Assembly (NCBI GenBank): GCA_004557245.1
Contig: SFEL01000014.1
Coordinates: 2,093-66,092 of the forward strand
DNA from: Clostridiales bacterium
Lineage (GTDB): Bacteria > Bacillota > Clostridia > Christensenellales > CAG-138
Direction: 5' to 3'
Length of the DNA: 64,000 bases
How positions within the stretch are numbered: the first letter of the stretch is position 1; each line of letters begins with the position of its first letter. A program made the translations under genes and the position numbers. Shown one piece after another: positions 44,365 to 53,508 of the stretch. Below the pieces are notes generated by a model. It was not told where the DNA came from. It did no database searches and saw only the letters and a list, made by a program, of their open reading frames with translations.

Positions 44365-44574
44365 TAGAAAATAATCAGACATTATCGAGAAAAAAACACT
44401 TCGAGAGGAAAGATTTATACTGATTTTCCGAAACTTATATGCTATAATAATCTCTGGTTACAAATAGTTAGTCATAGCTGCGTATCGTCTTTGCCACAGT
44501 ATATTTTTTATAAGGCATATTCTTGGCGGATCTGTTATGTGGCTTGTGAAGCTGTTGAAAAATATGAAAGGCAG

Positions 44575-45915
44575 GTGTTGGCTTTGCCAAAGCATTCCTT
44601 CAAGGGCGGCGTGCATCCTCTGCACGATCAGCATGAGGGCAAGACATCAACAAGCGGTCTTCCCATACGAGAGTATATCCCGGACAGCGTGGATATCCCC
44701 ATGTCCATGAGCATAGGCGCTCCCGCAGCGCCCTGCGTAAAGGTGGGGGATCACGTCAAGCTGGGCCAGAAGATCGCAGACGCTACCGGTTTTGTCAGTT
44801 TACCGGTTCATGCCAGCGTTTCGGGAGAGGTTACGGCCATAGGCACCAAGGTGCTTCTGCTGGGAGGACCCACCACCATCATCACCATCAGGAACGATTT
44901 CCAGGACGAGTGGACAGAGCTTGAGCCGCTGGGCGGCGTGGAGGAGTGCGACCCTGCCAGGATAGTTCCCGCGGTACAGGCTGCGGGCATCTGCGGTATG
45001 GGCGGCGCGACCTTCCCCACCCACGTAAAGCTTACTGTTGGCGAGGGTAAGTACTGTGACACCATAATCCTCAACGGCGCAGAGTGCGAGACCCACGTTA
45101 CCTGCGACCATCGCCTCATGATCGAGGAATCCGAGCGCATAGTGGACGGACTCAGGGCCGCGATGCGGGCTCTCGGCGTAAAGCGGGGCGTTATCGGTAT
45201 CGAGGATAACAAGCCCGACGCCATAGCCGCAATGCAGCGTGCGGCGGAGGGCCGCGAGGGGGTAGAGGTCATGCCCCTTTTTACCAAATATCCTCAGGGC
45301 TCTGAAAAGCAGCTGATCTACTCCGTCACCGGCAGGGAAGTTCCAAGCAAGAAGCTGCCTCTGGACGCTCACGTCATAGTTATAAACGTCGGCACCGCAA
45401 AGGCCATAGCCGATGCAGTGATAGAGGGTAAGCCTCTCATCAGCCGCGTCACCACAGTAAAGGGCTGCGTAAAGGAGCCCGCGAACCTGCGCCTTCGCAT
45501 GGGAACCATAGTTGCCGACGCCATAGGCGAGTGCGGCGGCTATACCGACGAGGCCGGCAAGATAGTAATGGGCGGCTGCATGACAGGCCTTTGCGCCCCA
45601 AACGACCAGGTAGTGGTCATGAAGGGCACCAACGGCATACTGGTATTCAACGAAAAGGACGCAAGAAGCTACGAGGAGAGCCCCTGCATACGCTGCGGCC
45701 GCTGCGTGGAGGCCTGCCCCATAGGCCTTAATCCATACCTCATGAAGCACCTTTGCGACAAGGGCGATCTCAAGGGCGCCGAAGCCAACAACGTGATGGA
45801 GTGCATAGTCTGCGGAAGCTGCTCCTATGTGTGTCCCGCAAAGCGCTGGCTTACCGCCTCCTTCAAGAATACTAAAGACGCTATCATGCGGGAAGCAAGG
45901 AGGGCAAAGAAGTAA
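44575..45915 (+). CDS. rnfC: Rnf electron-transport complex subunit C
   Basis: N-terminal FKGGVHP motif, NADH/FMN-binding core and two C-terminal 4Fe-4S motifs (CIRCGRCVEACP, CIVCGSCSYVCP). The start is uncertain (GTG 44575, TTG 44578 or TTG 44584). Confidence 0.9.
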   Translation: MLALPKHSFKGGVHPLHDQHEGKTSTSGLPIREYIPDSVDIPMSMSIGAPAAPCVKVGDHVKLGQKIADATGFVSLPVHASVSGEVTAIGTKVLLLGGPTTIITIRNDFQDEWTELEPLGGVEECDPARIVPAVQAAGICGMGGATFPTHVKLTVGEGKYCDTIILNGAECETHVTCDHRLMIEESERIVDGLRAAMRALGVKRGVIGIEDNKPDAIAAMQRAAEGREGVEVMPLFTKYPQGSEKQLIYSVTGREVPSKKLPLDAHVIVINVGTAKAIADAVIEGKPLISRVTTVKGCVKEPANLRLRMGTIVADAIGECGGYTDEAGKIVMGGCMTGLCAPNDQVVVMKGTNGILVFNEKDARSYEESPCIRCGRCVEACPIGLNPYLMKHLCDKGDLKGAEANNVMECIVCGSCSYVCPAKRWLTASFKNTKDAIMREARRAKK

Positions 45916-46856
45916 TGAGTCTTCACGTTTCAAGCGCACCACATGTCCACAGCAAGGACAGCACCCAGACCATAATGCGGGACGTGCTCATAGCCATGCT
46001 CCCCACCACCGTAATGGGCGTATACTGCTTCGGCTTCAACGCGGCGCTTCTGTGCGTCCTCGGCGTGGCGGCCGCGGTATTGGCCGAGTACGGCTACCAG
46101 AAGATGACCCGCCAGAGGGTACGCATAGGCGACCTCTCCGCCGCCGTTACCGGCCTTCTCGTGGCGCTCAACTTGCCCGGCAACGCCCCCTGGTGGATGC
46201 CCGTGGTAGGCAGCTTCATAGCCATAGTCCTCGTAAAGCAGCTTTTCGGCGGCATAGGCGACAATTTTATGAACCCCGCCCTTACCGCCCGCGGAATAAT
46301 GCTTGCCTCCTGGCCCGTAAGGATGACCGCATGGTATCTGCCCACCTTCTGCAAGGGGGTTGACGCCGTATCCTCCGCCACAGTTCTGGGCGGATATGAG
46401 GCTTCTACCCTTGACATGTTCCTGGGCTTCATACCCGGCACAATAGGCGAAGTCAGCAAGATAGCCATTCTCATCGGCCTGGCTTACCTGCTTATCCGCA
46501 AGGTAATAAGCTGGCGCATTCCCGTTGTGTTCGTCGGAACCTTTGCCATACTTGCCGCCATCTTCAGGATGGATCAGGACGTACTGACTTCCGTGCTTTC
46601 CGGCGGTCTGCTCTTTGGCGCCGTGTTCATGGCGACAGACTACACCACCAGCCCCATGACAGAGGTCGGTCAGTACATATATGCCTTCGGCTGCGGCCTC
46701 ATACTGGCGGTCATACGCAAGTGGGGAAGCTATACCGAGGGCGTTACCTACGCCATACTGATAATGAACGTGGCTACTCCCCTCATAGACAAGTTCGTCA
46801 AGATAAGGGTATATGGCCAGGAAAAGCCAAAAAAGGAGGTAAAGGCAAATGTCTAA
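45915..46856 (+). CDS. rnfD: Rnf complex subunit D
   Basis: Polytopic NqrB/RnfD pattern (SSAPHVH, MRDVLIAMLP, DAVSSATVLG FMN-attachment region). Confidence 0.93.
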   Translation: MSLHVSSAPHVHSKDSTQTIMRDVLIAMLPTTVMGVYCFGFNAALLCVLGVAAAVLAEYGYQKMTRQRVRIGDLSAAVTGLLVALNLPGNAPWWMPVVGSFIAIVLVKQLFGGIGDNFMNPALTARGIMLASWPVRMTAWYLPTFCKGVDAVSSATVLGGYEASTLDMFLGFIPGTIGEVSKIAILIGLAYLLIRKVISWRIPVVFVGTFAILAAIFRMDQDVLTSVLSGGLLFGAVFMATDYTTSPMTEVGQYIYAFGCGLILAVIRKWGSYTEGVTYAILIMNVATPLIDKFVKIRVYGQEKPKKEVKANV

Positions 46857-47487
46857 GAGCGATAAGCCTAAGCTCACGAGCGTATTCCTTAACGGCATAA
46901 TCACGGAGAACCCCACCTTCCGCCTGGTTCTCGGCACCTGCCCCACCATAGCGACCACCACCAGCGTCATAAACGCGGTGGGCATGGGCGCGGCGGCGTC
47001 CTTCGTGCTGATAGGCTCCAACTTCGTTATTTCACTGCTCAGGAACTTTATTCCCGACAAGGTGCGCATACCTTGCTTCATAGTGGTCATATGCACCTTT
47101 GTTACCATAGTACAGCTCCTGCTGCAGGCATTCGTTCAAAGCCTTTATGCGAGCCTGGGCATGTTTATACCGCTGATAGTGGTAAACTGCATAATACTTG
47201 CCCGCGCGGAAGCCTTCGCCAGCAAAAACGGGCCTCTGGCCTCTGCGGTGGACGGCCTTGGCATGGGCCTCGGCTTCACCCTGGCTATCTCCATCATCGC
47301 CTGTGTCCGTGAGCTTCTGGGTACCGGCTGCATTGCCGGCATCAACCTCCTCGGCTCCGGATATGAGCCTATGCTCATATCCACCATGGCTCCCGGCGGC
47401 TTTATGATATTCGGCCTCACCCTCGGCGTGGCCAACATCATAATGAAGAGCATCGAAAAGAAAAAGAAAGCAAAGGAGGCCGCATAA
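46849..47487 (+). CDS. rnfE: Rnf complex subunit E
   Basis: NqrD/RnfE pattern (ENPTFRLVLGTCPT, PLIVVNCIILARAEAFA). It follows rnfD directly with an 8-nt overlap. Confidence 0.93.
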   Translation: MSKSDKPKLTSVFLNGIITENPTFRLVLGTCPTIATTTSVINAVGMGAAASFVLIGSNFVISLLRNFIPDKVRIPCFIVVICTFVTIVQLLLQAFVQSLYASLGMFIPLIVVNCIILARAEAFASKNGPLASAVDGLGMGLGFTLAISIIACVRELLGTGCIAGINLLGSGYEPMLISTMAPGGFMIFGLTLGVANIIMKSIEKKKKAKEAA

Positions 47488-48090
47488 ATGACTCCTGTAA
47501 TGCAAACCAACAGCTGCGGCAACGTGCTGCTCTTCTTCGTGAGCTGCGTGCTGAGCCATAACTTCATCTTTTCCCGCTTCCTCGGCTGCTGCCCCTTCCT
47601 GGGTGTATCAAATAAGGTCGAGACCGCGGCGGGCATGGGCCTTGCGGTTACCTTTGTCATGGGCCTTGCATCCCTGTTCACCTCCGCAGTCTATCAGTAT
47701 GTGCTGTATCCCCTCCAGCTTACTTATCTGGATACTATAAGCTTCATACTGATAATTGCGGGCCTCGTCCAGTTCGTGGAGATGTTCCTCAAGAAGTCCA
47801 GTCCTGCGCTGTACAAATCCCTGGGCATTTACCTCCCCCTGATAACCACCAACTGCGCGGTTCTGGGCGTTGCTACCCTGAACACCAGTGCACAGTATGA
47901 CATACTTTCCGCCGTTCTCAACGGCGTGTTCGGCGCACTGGGCTTCCTGCTTGCCATAACCCTTATGGCCGGCGTGCGCGAGCGTCTGGAAACCTCACAT
48001 ATACCAGATCAGTTCAAGGGCTTCCCCATAGGCTTGTTCATTGCTGGCCTGATGTCCGTAGCTTTTATGGGTTTCAACGGATTGGTATAA
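47488..48090 (+). CDS. rnfA: Rnf complex subunit A
   Basis: NqrE/RnfA pattern (NFIFSRFLGCCPFLGVS, LPLITTNCAVLGVA). Confidence 0.93.
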   Translation: MTPVMQTNSCGNVLLFFVSCVLSHNFIFSRFLGCCPFLGVSNKVETAAGMGLAVTFVMGLASLFTSAVYQYVLYPLQLTYLDTISFILIIAGLVQFVEMFLKKSSPALYKSLGIYLPLITTNCAVLGVATLNTSAQYDILSAVLNGVFGALGFLLAITLMAGVRERLETSHIPDQFKGFPIGLFIAGLMSVAFMGFNGLV

Positions 48091-48105
48091 GAAAGGAAAT
48101 AATAG

Positions 48106-48915
48106 ATGAACGTTACTGCTATAATTCTTTCTGCTGGCGTTATGACAGTGCTGGGTGTGCTGTTTGGCGTTATACTTACCATTGCCGATAAAAAATTTAA
48201 GGTAGAAGTGGATCCCCGCGTCGAGGCTGTGCGTGCATGCCTGGGCGGCGCCAATTGCGGCGCCTGCGGTTACGCTGGCTGCGATGCCTTCGCTGATGCC
48301 GTAGTGGCCGGCAAGGCCCCCGTAAACGGGTGTTCCCCCTCCGGCGCTAAGGGCGCCGAGGCCATAGCCGCCATAATGGGCGTTTCTGCCGAAGCAGAGG
48401 AGCGCAAGGTCGCCCGCGTCATCTGCCAGGGAGACTGCGGCGTAGCAAAGGAGCGCTATAACTATGATGGATATACCAGCTGCGCTACCGCAGCCGGTCT
48501 TGCCGGCGGCCCCAAGATGTGCCGTTTTGCCTGTATCGGCTTGGGGGACTGCGCTCAGGCCTGCGCATTCGGAGCAATAAAGATCGCTGACGGCCTGGCA
48601 CATATCGACGAGGAGAAGTGCGTTGCCTGCGGACAGTGTGCAAATATCTGTCCCCGGGGCGTAATAGCTCTCAAGCCGGTGAACGAGACCGTGATCGTCT
48701 CCTGCCGCAATACCGACAGCGGGCGCGAAGCCAGGGCAGCCTGCATGAAGGCCTGTATCGCCTGCGGCCGCTGCACCAAAGAATGCCCCAACGACGCCAT
48801 ACACGTGGAGGGCGGCGTAGCCAAGATAGACGAGGCAAAGTGCACCCGCTGCGGCGCCTGCGCAAAGGTATGCCCCTGTAAGTGCATCATCGATTATCTG
48901 GACAGCATCGAATGA
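48106..48915 (+). CDS. rnfB: Rnf complex subunit B (polyferredoxin)
   Basis: N-terminal TM segment, a CGACGYAGC cluster and multiple CxxCxxCxxxCP motifs. Confidence 0.93.
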   Translation: MNVTAIILSAGVMTVLGVLFGVILTIADKKFKVEVDPRVEAVRACLGGANCGACGYAGCDAFADAVVAGKAPVNGCSPSGAKGAEAIAAIMGVSAEAEERKVARVICQGDCGVAKERYNYDGYTSCATAAGLAGGPKMCRFACIGLGDCAQACAFGAIKIADGLAHIDEEKCVACGQCANICPRGVIALKPVNETVIVSCRNTDSGREARAACMKACIACGRCTKECPNDAIHVEGGVAKIDEAKCTRCGACAKVCPCKCIIDYLDSIE

Positions 48916-48929
48916 TCGCCATACCCGTA

Positions 48930-48957
48930 AGGGCCGGTAGTATACCGGCCCTTTTTG
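48930..48957 (+). terminator. Intrinsic terminator of the rnf operon (AGGGCCGG-tagtata-CCGGCCCT + TTTT)
   Basis: Hairpin with a T-run, 15 nt after the rnfB stop. Confidence 0.75.
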
Positions 48958-49018
48958 TATGCCTTCAGGCATCGTGAAAAAGTATGTGTTTGCACTAAAA
49001 GTAATTTGCCAAAAAATA

Positions 49019-49048
49019 TTGACATGAGTGCCGAAAATAGTGTATACT
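49019..49048 (+). promoter_or_regulatory. Promoter of the tRNA cluster (TTGACA-18 nt-TATACT)
   Basis: Near-consensus hexamers about 30 nt upstream of the first tRNA. Confidence 0.5.
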
Positions 49049-49078
49049 AATCCTCGCAGTCTGAAAGGGCGTGCACGT

Positions 49079-49154
49079 GGGAGCATAGCTCAGCTGGGAG
49101 AGCACTTGCCTTACAAGCAAGGGGTCACAGGTTCGAGCCCTGTTGCTCCCACCA
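49079..49154 (+). tRNA. tRNA-Val (anticodon UAC)
   Basis: GGGAGCATAGCTCAGCTGGGAGAGCAC..CTTACAA anticodon loop..GGTTCGAGCCCTGTTGCTCCCACCA. The cloverleaf folds and CCA is encoded. Confidence 0.92.
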
Positions 49155-49157
49155 TTT

Positions 49158-49234
49158 GGTCCGGTAGTTCAGTTGGTTAGAATGCCAGCCTGTCACGCTG
49201 GAGGTCAGGGGTTCGAGCCCCCTCCGGATCGCCA
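49158..49234 (+). tRNA. tRNA-Asp (anticodon GUC)
   Basis: GGTCCGGTAGTTCAGTTGGTTAGAAT..CTGTCAC loop..GGTTCGAGCCCCCTCCGGATCGCCA. Confidence 0.92.
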
Positions 49235-49239
49235 TTGAT

Positions 49240-49315
49240 GCCTCGGTAGCTCAGTTGGTAGAGCAAGGGACTGAAAATCCCTGTGTCGGTGGTTCAAGTC
49301 CACTCTGAGGCACCA
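49240..49315 (+). tRNA. tRNA-Phe (anticodon GAA)
   Basis: GCCTCGGTAGCTCAGTTGGTAGAGC..CTGAAAA loop..GGTTCAAGTCCACTCTGAGGCACCA. Confidence 0.92.
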
Positions 49316-49320
49316 ATCCT

Positions 49321-49396
49321 GCGGGAATAGCTCATTTGGTAGAGCGCCGCCTTGCCAAGGCGGAGGTGGCGGGTTCGAGCCCCGTTTCCCGCTCCA
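49321..49396 (+). tRNA. tRNA-Gly (anticodon GCC)
   Basis: GCGGGAATAGCTCATTTGGTAGAGC..TTGCCAA loop..GGTTCGAGCCCCGTTTCCCGCTCCA. Confidence 0.92.
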
Positions 49397-49400
49397 CATC

Positions 49401-49474
49401 GGCACCATAGCCAAGCGGTAAGGCAGAGGTCTGCAAAACCTTCATCCCCGGTTCGATTCCGGGTGGTGCCTCCA
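49401..49474 (+). tRNA. tRNA-Cys (anticodon GCA)
   Basis: GGCACCATAGCCAAGCGGTAAGGC..CTGCAAA loop..GGTTCGATTCCGGGTGGTGCCTCCA. Confidence 0.92.
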
Positions 49475-49481
49475 GGAAAAA

Positions 49482-49513
49482 AAGCAGTGCTAGTATTATA
49501 GTACTGCTTTTTT
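49482..49513 (+). terminator. Intrinsic terminator after the tRNA cluster
   Basis: AGCAGTGCTA-gtatta-TAGTACTGCT followed by TTTTTT. Confidence 0.75.
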
Positions 49514-49515
49514 GC

Positions 49516-49800
49516 TTACAACCATTTTTTTCATAGCATCACACCAGCCCGGCCACCACAGCTATGCTGATAACTATTACCACAGGGTAGCCCCAGGGCC
49601 AGTCTGGCTCCGGCATGTCGAATCTGATGCCGTGTCAGCCGACCATGAGGGTGAGGGGAGGGAATATGGCGGTGATTATAGTAAAGACCTTCATCAGCTT
49701 GTTTTGTTGAATGGGGGCTGGGAAAGATATGTCCAGAAAGGCTGGCTTACTATCTTTTCAGGATTGAGCACCTTGTTTAGATGAGTACCGGTAAGGCAGC
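49516..49800 (-). pseudogene. corA: C-terminal remnant of a CorA-family Mg2+/Co2+ transporter gene (frameshifted and truncated)
   Basis: Minus-strand frames read ..QQNKLMKVFTIITAIFPPLTLMVG*, then in another frame GIRFDMPEPDWPWGYPVVIVISIAVVAGLV*, then ..KKWL*. This matches the CorA pattern MKxLTxxTxIFxPLTxIxGxYGMNF..MPE..GYP..KKWL. The GMN motif is destroyed and the N-terminal ~200 codons are absent. Confidence 0.55.
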
Positions 49801-49922
49801 CGGGTATGGCTATGCGGTTGAGCATATCAGGAGCAGAAGCTCGTTATTTTTTAGCATTACTGAGTGGTCTCATGATATAATCAAAAACACACTTCAAAAA
49901 TGACATAAGGGAGGAAAAGCAT

Positions 49923-50744
49923 ATGTATACCCTTGAACAATACAGAGAGAGCGCGGATAGCATAAGGGAACGGCTGGACGGCAGGCAGCCCGAGATATTG
50001 ATGATACTCGGCACAGGCTTGGGCGGCCTGGGAGATAAAATAAAAAAGCCTGTCTATATACCTTATGGTGACATACCTAATTTTAAGACAGCTACGGCTA
50101 TTGGGCATATCGGCCGTTTTGTCGCAGGCGAGCTGGGCGGCAGGCAGGTACTTGTGATGCAGGGAAGGCTCCATGTGTACGAGGGCTATACTATGGCGGA
50201 TGTGGCTTATCCGATACGGGTGGCGAAGCTTTTGGGCATTGACAAGTTGGTAATCACAAACAACGCCGGGGGCATAAACAAAAGCTTTTGCCCTGGGAAC
50301 CTCATGATAATAACCGACTATATAAAGTTTGCCCCCGGCAGCCCGCTGGCCGGGCCGAACATAGAGGAATTCGGCGGTCGGTTTCCGGATATGTCCCGCG
50401 TGTTCGACAAAGAGTACGGCGATATATTCAGGGCCATAGCAAATGAGCGGGGCGAAACAGTGCAGGAGGGAGTGTACTTCTACATGGCGGGGCCGCAGTT
50501 CGAGACGCCCGCCGAGATAAGGGCTATACGCGCCCTGGGCGGCGATGCGGTGGGCATGAGCACCGTGCCTGAAGCTATAGCCGCCAACCACTGCGGCATG
50601 CGAATACTCGGCCTTACGCTGCTTACCTGTATGGCGGCAGGTGTAGCGGGTACCCCTATGGACACAGACGAGGTCATACGCATTGCCGAGGAAGGTGCCG
50701 GCCGCTTCGAGGCAATGATGACGGAGTTCGTGCGGAGAATATAA
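49923..50744 (+). CDS. punA: Purine nucleoside phosphorylase (trimeric PNP/PunA type)
   Basis: The GTGLG phosphate loop, GRFHxYEG-like GRLHVYEG, and GADAVGMSTVPE-like GGDAVGMSTVPE. Confidence 0.9.
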   Translation: MYTLEQYRESADSIRERLDGRQPEILMILGTGLGGLGDKIKKPVYIPYGDIPNFKTATAIGHIGRFVAGELGGRQVLVMQGRLHVYEGYTMADVAYPIRVAKLLGIDKLVITNNAGGINKSFCPGNLMIITDYIKFAPGSPLAGPNIEEFGGRFPDMSRVFDKEYGDIFRAIANERGETVQEGVYFYMAGPQFETPAEIRAIRALGGDAVGMSTVPEAIAANHCGMRILGLTLLTCMAAGVAGTPMDTDEVIRIAEEGAGRFEAMMTEFVRRI

Positions 50745-50783
50745 GCAGAAAAACAGAGGAGCTTACGGTGGGAAGCTCCTTTT

Positions 50784-51803
50784 CTATGCCTCGGATATGT
50801 CTGCTATGAGCTCGTCTTCAAAGGCAAATTCGTAAAGCCTTGCGCAGGCTACCCCGTCCGATCCGGTTTCAATAAGCCCAATAAGGCGGCCGCTGCGGTC
50901 TGACAGGGGCGGGCGGCAGCAGTCAAAATTTCCCAGGAAATTTCTTATTTCGTCAATGGAAAAGTCCATCTTGAGGGATCCTGTCATATATGACGCCGCC
51001 TCGCCGTCAAAGCCTTCACGGACTGCTTCGCAGAAGGCGATGACCAGCTTTTGCCTGTCGGCTGGGTATTTATACTCGCGGGTGAAAAAACCGGTTTCCG
51101 GGCAGTCGGCCGAAAAGCCGCCCCCCTGATATCTGTAGCGGGTTCGGCGCTGGTGGCCCAGCAGGGTGCCCAGCGGCTCTATGAGCGATACGCTGCCCTC
51201 CTCCAGCAATATGCTTTCGCCGTAAAGCTCCAGCAGCGAGTTCATGTTGTCGTCCAGCATGAGAAGCCTCTGCCGTCCGCCTTCAAATGTGGATACAGCT
51301 ACCAGCTGCCGCCCGGCTACGCCGTAAAGCGTCAGTGACCCGTACTCGCCGGGGCCTATGGAAATGCAGCTGGACGACCTCCCGTCTTCCTCTATGAGCA
51401 GCTTCAGGCCGTTCTCGCGGAAAAGCGTAAGGTTGCGGCGGCTGCGGCCCTGCATATAGCCCAGCTGATCCAGCTCCCTGGGGAAGTCGGCGGGCTGTAC
51501 GGGAAAATCGGCCGATGGGCCGAAATACATTTCATATACCCCGCCGGGCCAGCGGCAGAGGGAAACATCGGGTCCCTGTGTGGGCAGAGCCTCTCCGTCG
51601 CACAGGGACAGCTTCCGGGTGATGGGATACCTCCATGGGCCGAAGGAAAGGGGTATGGCGGAAATAAAGTAATCCCCGTTATCACCGGCGGGCATGGCTA
51701 TGTGGGAATCCGAGCGGCATTCCCCGAGTATCTGCCCGTTGACCTCTATGAGGGAGGGGGCTGCGGAGCGTATCACTATCAGCGGCACTGGAGACTGATA
51801 CAT
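50784..51803 (-). CDS. Hypothetical protein (339 aa), no recognizable domain
   Basis: Long ORF with window-typical codon usage. A plausible promoter region lies upstream. No motif was recognised. Confidence 0.6.
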   Translation of the reverse strand: MYQSPVPLIVIRSAAPSLIEVNGQILGECRSDSHIAMPAGDNGDYFISAIPLSFGPWRYPITRKLSLCDGEALPTQGPDVSLCRWPGGVYEMYFGPSADFPVQPADFPRELDQLGYMQGRSRRNLTLFRENGLKLLIEEDGRSSSCISIGPGEYGSLTLYGVAGRQLVAVSTFEGGRQRLLMLDDNMNSLLELYGESILLEEGSVSLIEPLGTLLGHQRRTRYRYQGGGFSADCPETGFFTREYKYPADRQKLVIAFCEAVREGFDGEAASYMTGSLKMDFSIDEIRNFLGNFDCCRPPLSDRSGRLIGLIETGSDGVACARLYEFAFEDELIADISEA

Positions 51804-51972
51804 GGCGAATTTATCCTCCGTAAGGTAGTGGACGTACTGTCATTTCAAATATTTATTCCGGCGGCGGCAAAAATATCCCTGCCGCCTTGCAAAAGCGTGT
51901 GAGCGGGGATATAATGAAGGGCAAGCTTTATTTATGTAAAGTGAAAAAAGCGAAACATTTGGAGGTATTCTC

Positions 51973-53352
51973 ATGATCAGACTGTGTGAACTGAACAAGG
52001 ATCCCGCTAAGTACGCGGGCGAAGTTGAAATTGCCGGCTGGGTGCGCACCGTGCGCGACAGCAAGAATATTGGCTTTATAGAGCTGTCCGACGGCTCCTG
52101 CTTCAGGAACGTACAGGTGGTTTATGAGAATAATATACCCAACGATATAATAAAACAAATAAATACCGGCTGTGCAATAAGCGTAGTTGGCGACCTCGTG
52201 CTCACTCCGGATGCAAAGCAGCCATTTGAGGTGAAGGCAAGGGAAATAAAGATAGAGGGCCTCTGCGCCAGCGATTATCCAATGCAGAAGAAACGGCACA
52301 GCCTCGAGTATCTGCGCACAATGCAGCACCTCAGGCCGCGCACCAACACTTTCCAGGCCACCTTCAGGGTCCGCAACGTAGTTGCGCAGGCCATACACCG
52401 CTTCTTTGACGACAGGGGCTTCCTGTATGTACATACCCCGCTCATCACCGCCAGCGACTGCGAGGGCGCGGGCGAGATGTTCCGCGTAACCACCCTGGAT
52501 CTTGAGAACGTACCCAAGACCCCCGACGGCAAGGTGGACTACTCCGAGGATTTCTTCGGTACCAGCGCAAACCTGACCGTCAGCGGGCAGCTTTACGGCG
52601 AGGCATTCGCCCTTGCATTCAGGGATATATACACCTTCGGCCCTACCTTCCGCGCGGAGCAGAGCTACACCGCCCGCCACGCCGCGGAGTTCTGGATGAT
52701 AGAGCCGGAGATGGCCTTCTGCGACCTGAAGGGGTATCTTGATACCGCAGAGGACATGGTAAAATACATAATCCGTACCGTAATGGAGCGCTGCCCGGAC
52801 GAGCTGAGCTTCTTCAACAGCTTCGTCGACAAGGGCCTCATAGACCGCCTTAACAACGTGGTGAACAATGACTTTGCCCGCATAACCTACACCGAGGCTG
52901 TGGATATACTCAAAAAGAGCGGTGCCAAGTTCGACTATCCGGTAGAGTGGGGGGCAGACCTTCAGACCGAGCACGAAAGATATCTGACCGAACAGATATA
53001 TAAGAAGCCGGTGTTCGTTACCGATTACCCCAAGGATATCAAGGCCTTCTATATGCGACTTAATGACGACGGAAAGACCGTGGCGGCGGCAGACCTGCTG
53101 GTCCCCGGCGTAGGCGAGATAATAGGCGGCAGCCAGCGTGAGGAGCGCCTTGAGGTGCTGGAGAGCCGCATTAAGGAGATGGGCATGAAGGTAGAGGATT
53201 ACGATTGGTATCTCGACCTGCGCAAATACGGCGGCGTTAAGCACGCGGGCTACGGATTGGGCTTCGAGCGCATGGTAATGTACGTAACCGGCATGGCCAA
53301 CATACGCGACGTGCTGCCCTTCCCCCGCACCACCGGCAGCCTCGAAATGTAA
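51973..53352 (+). CDS. asnS: Asparagine--tRNA ligase
   Basis: N-terminal OB domain ([25 protein letters not shown]), class II motifs ([21 protein letters not shown]; GYGLGFERM) and an AsnRS-typical length of 459 aa. Confidence 0.93.
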   Translation: MIRLCELNKDPAKYAGEVEIAGWVRTVRDSKNIGFIELSDGSCFRNVQVVYENNIPNDIIKQINTGCAISVVGDLVLTPDAKQPFEVKAREIKIEGLCASDYPMQKKRHSLEYLRTMQHLRPRTNTFQATFRVRNVVAQAIHRFFDDRGFLYVHTPLITASDCEGAGEMFRVTTLDLENVPKTPDGKVDYSEDFFGTSANLTVSGQLYGEAFALAFRDIYTFGPTFRAEQSYTARHAAEFWMIEPEMAFCDLKGYLDTAEDMVKYIIRTVMERCPDELSFFNSFVDKGLIDRLNNVVNNDFARITYTEAVDILKKSGAKFDYPVEWGADLQTEHERYLTEQIYKKPVFVTDYPKDIKAFYMRLNDDGKTVAAADLLVPGVGEIIGGSQREERLEVLESRIKEMGMKVEDYDWYLDLRKYGGVKHAGYGLGFERMVMYVTGMANIRDVLPFPRTTGSLEM

Positions 53353-53508
53353 GGAGCTGCCGCAGGGATAATATCCCGGCTTAAAACCGCATATAAATTG
53401 ACAGAAACCAAAGCTGATAGTGACGCTTTGGTTTTTGTTATTTTATGTATGTACTGCGGAAACATGGGAAATAATAGCAGCAACAAACATTGACGGAGGT
53501 AATTTTAT

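Noticed and set aside
49512-49784. A 90-aa plus-strand ORF after the tRNA cluster.
   Set aside because: The opposite strand carries recognisable CorA C-terminal remnants. The plus-strand ORF has no RBS and shows no similarity pattern.
51804-51972. Looked for a T-box leader upstream of asnS.
   Set aside because: A TTGCAA-17-TATAAT promoter leaves only about 60 nt of leader. There is no specifier hairpin and no T-box sequence.
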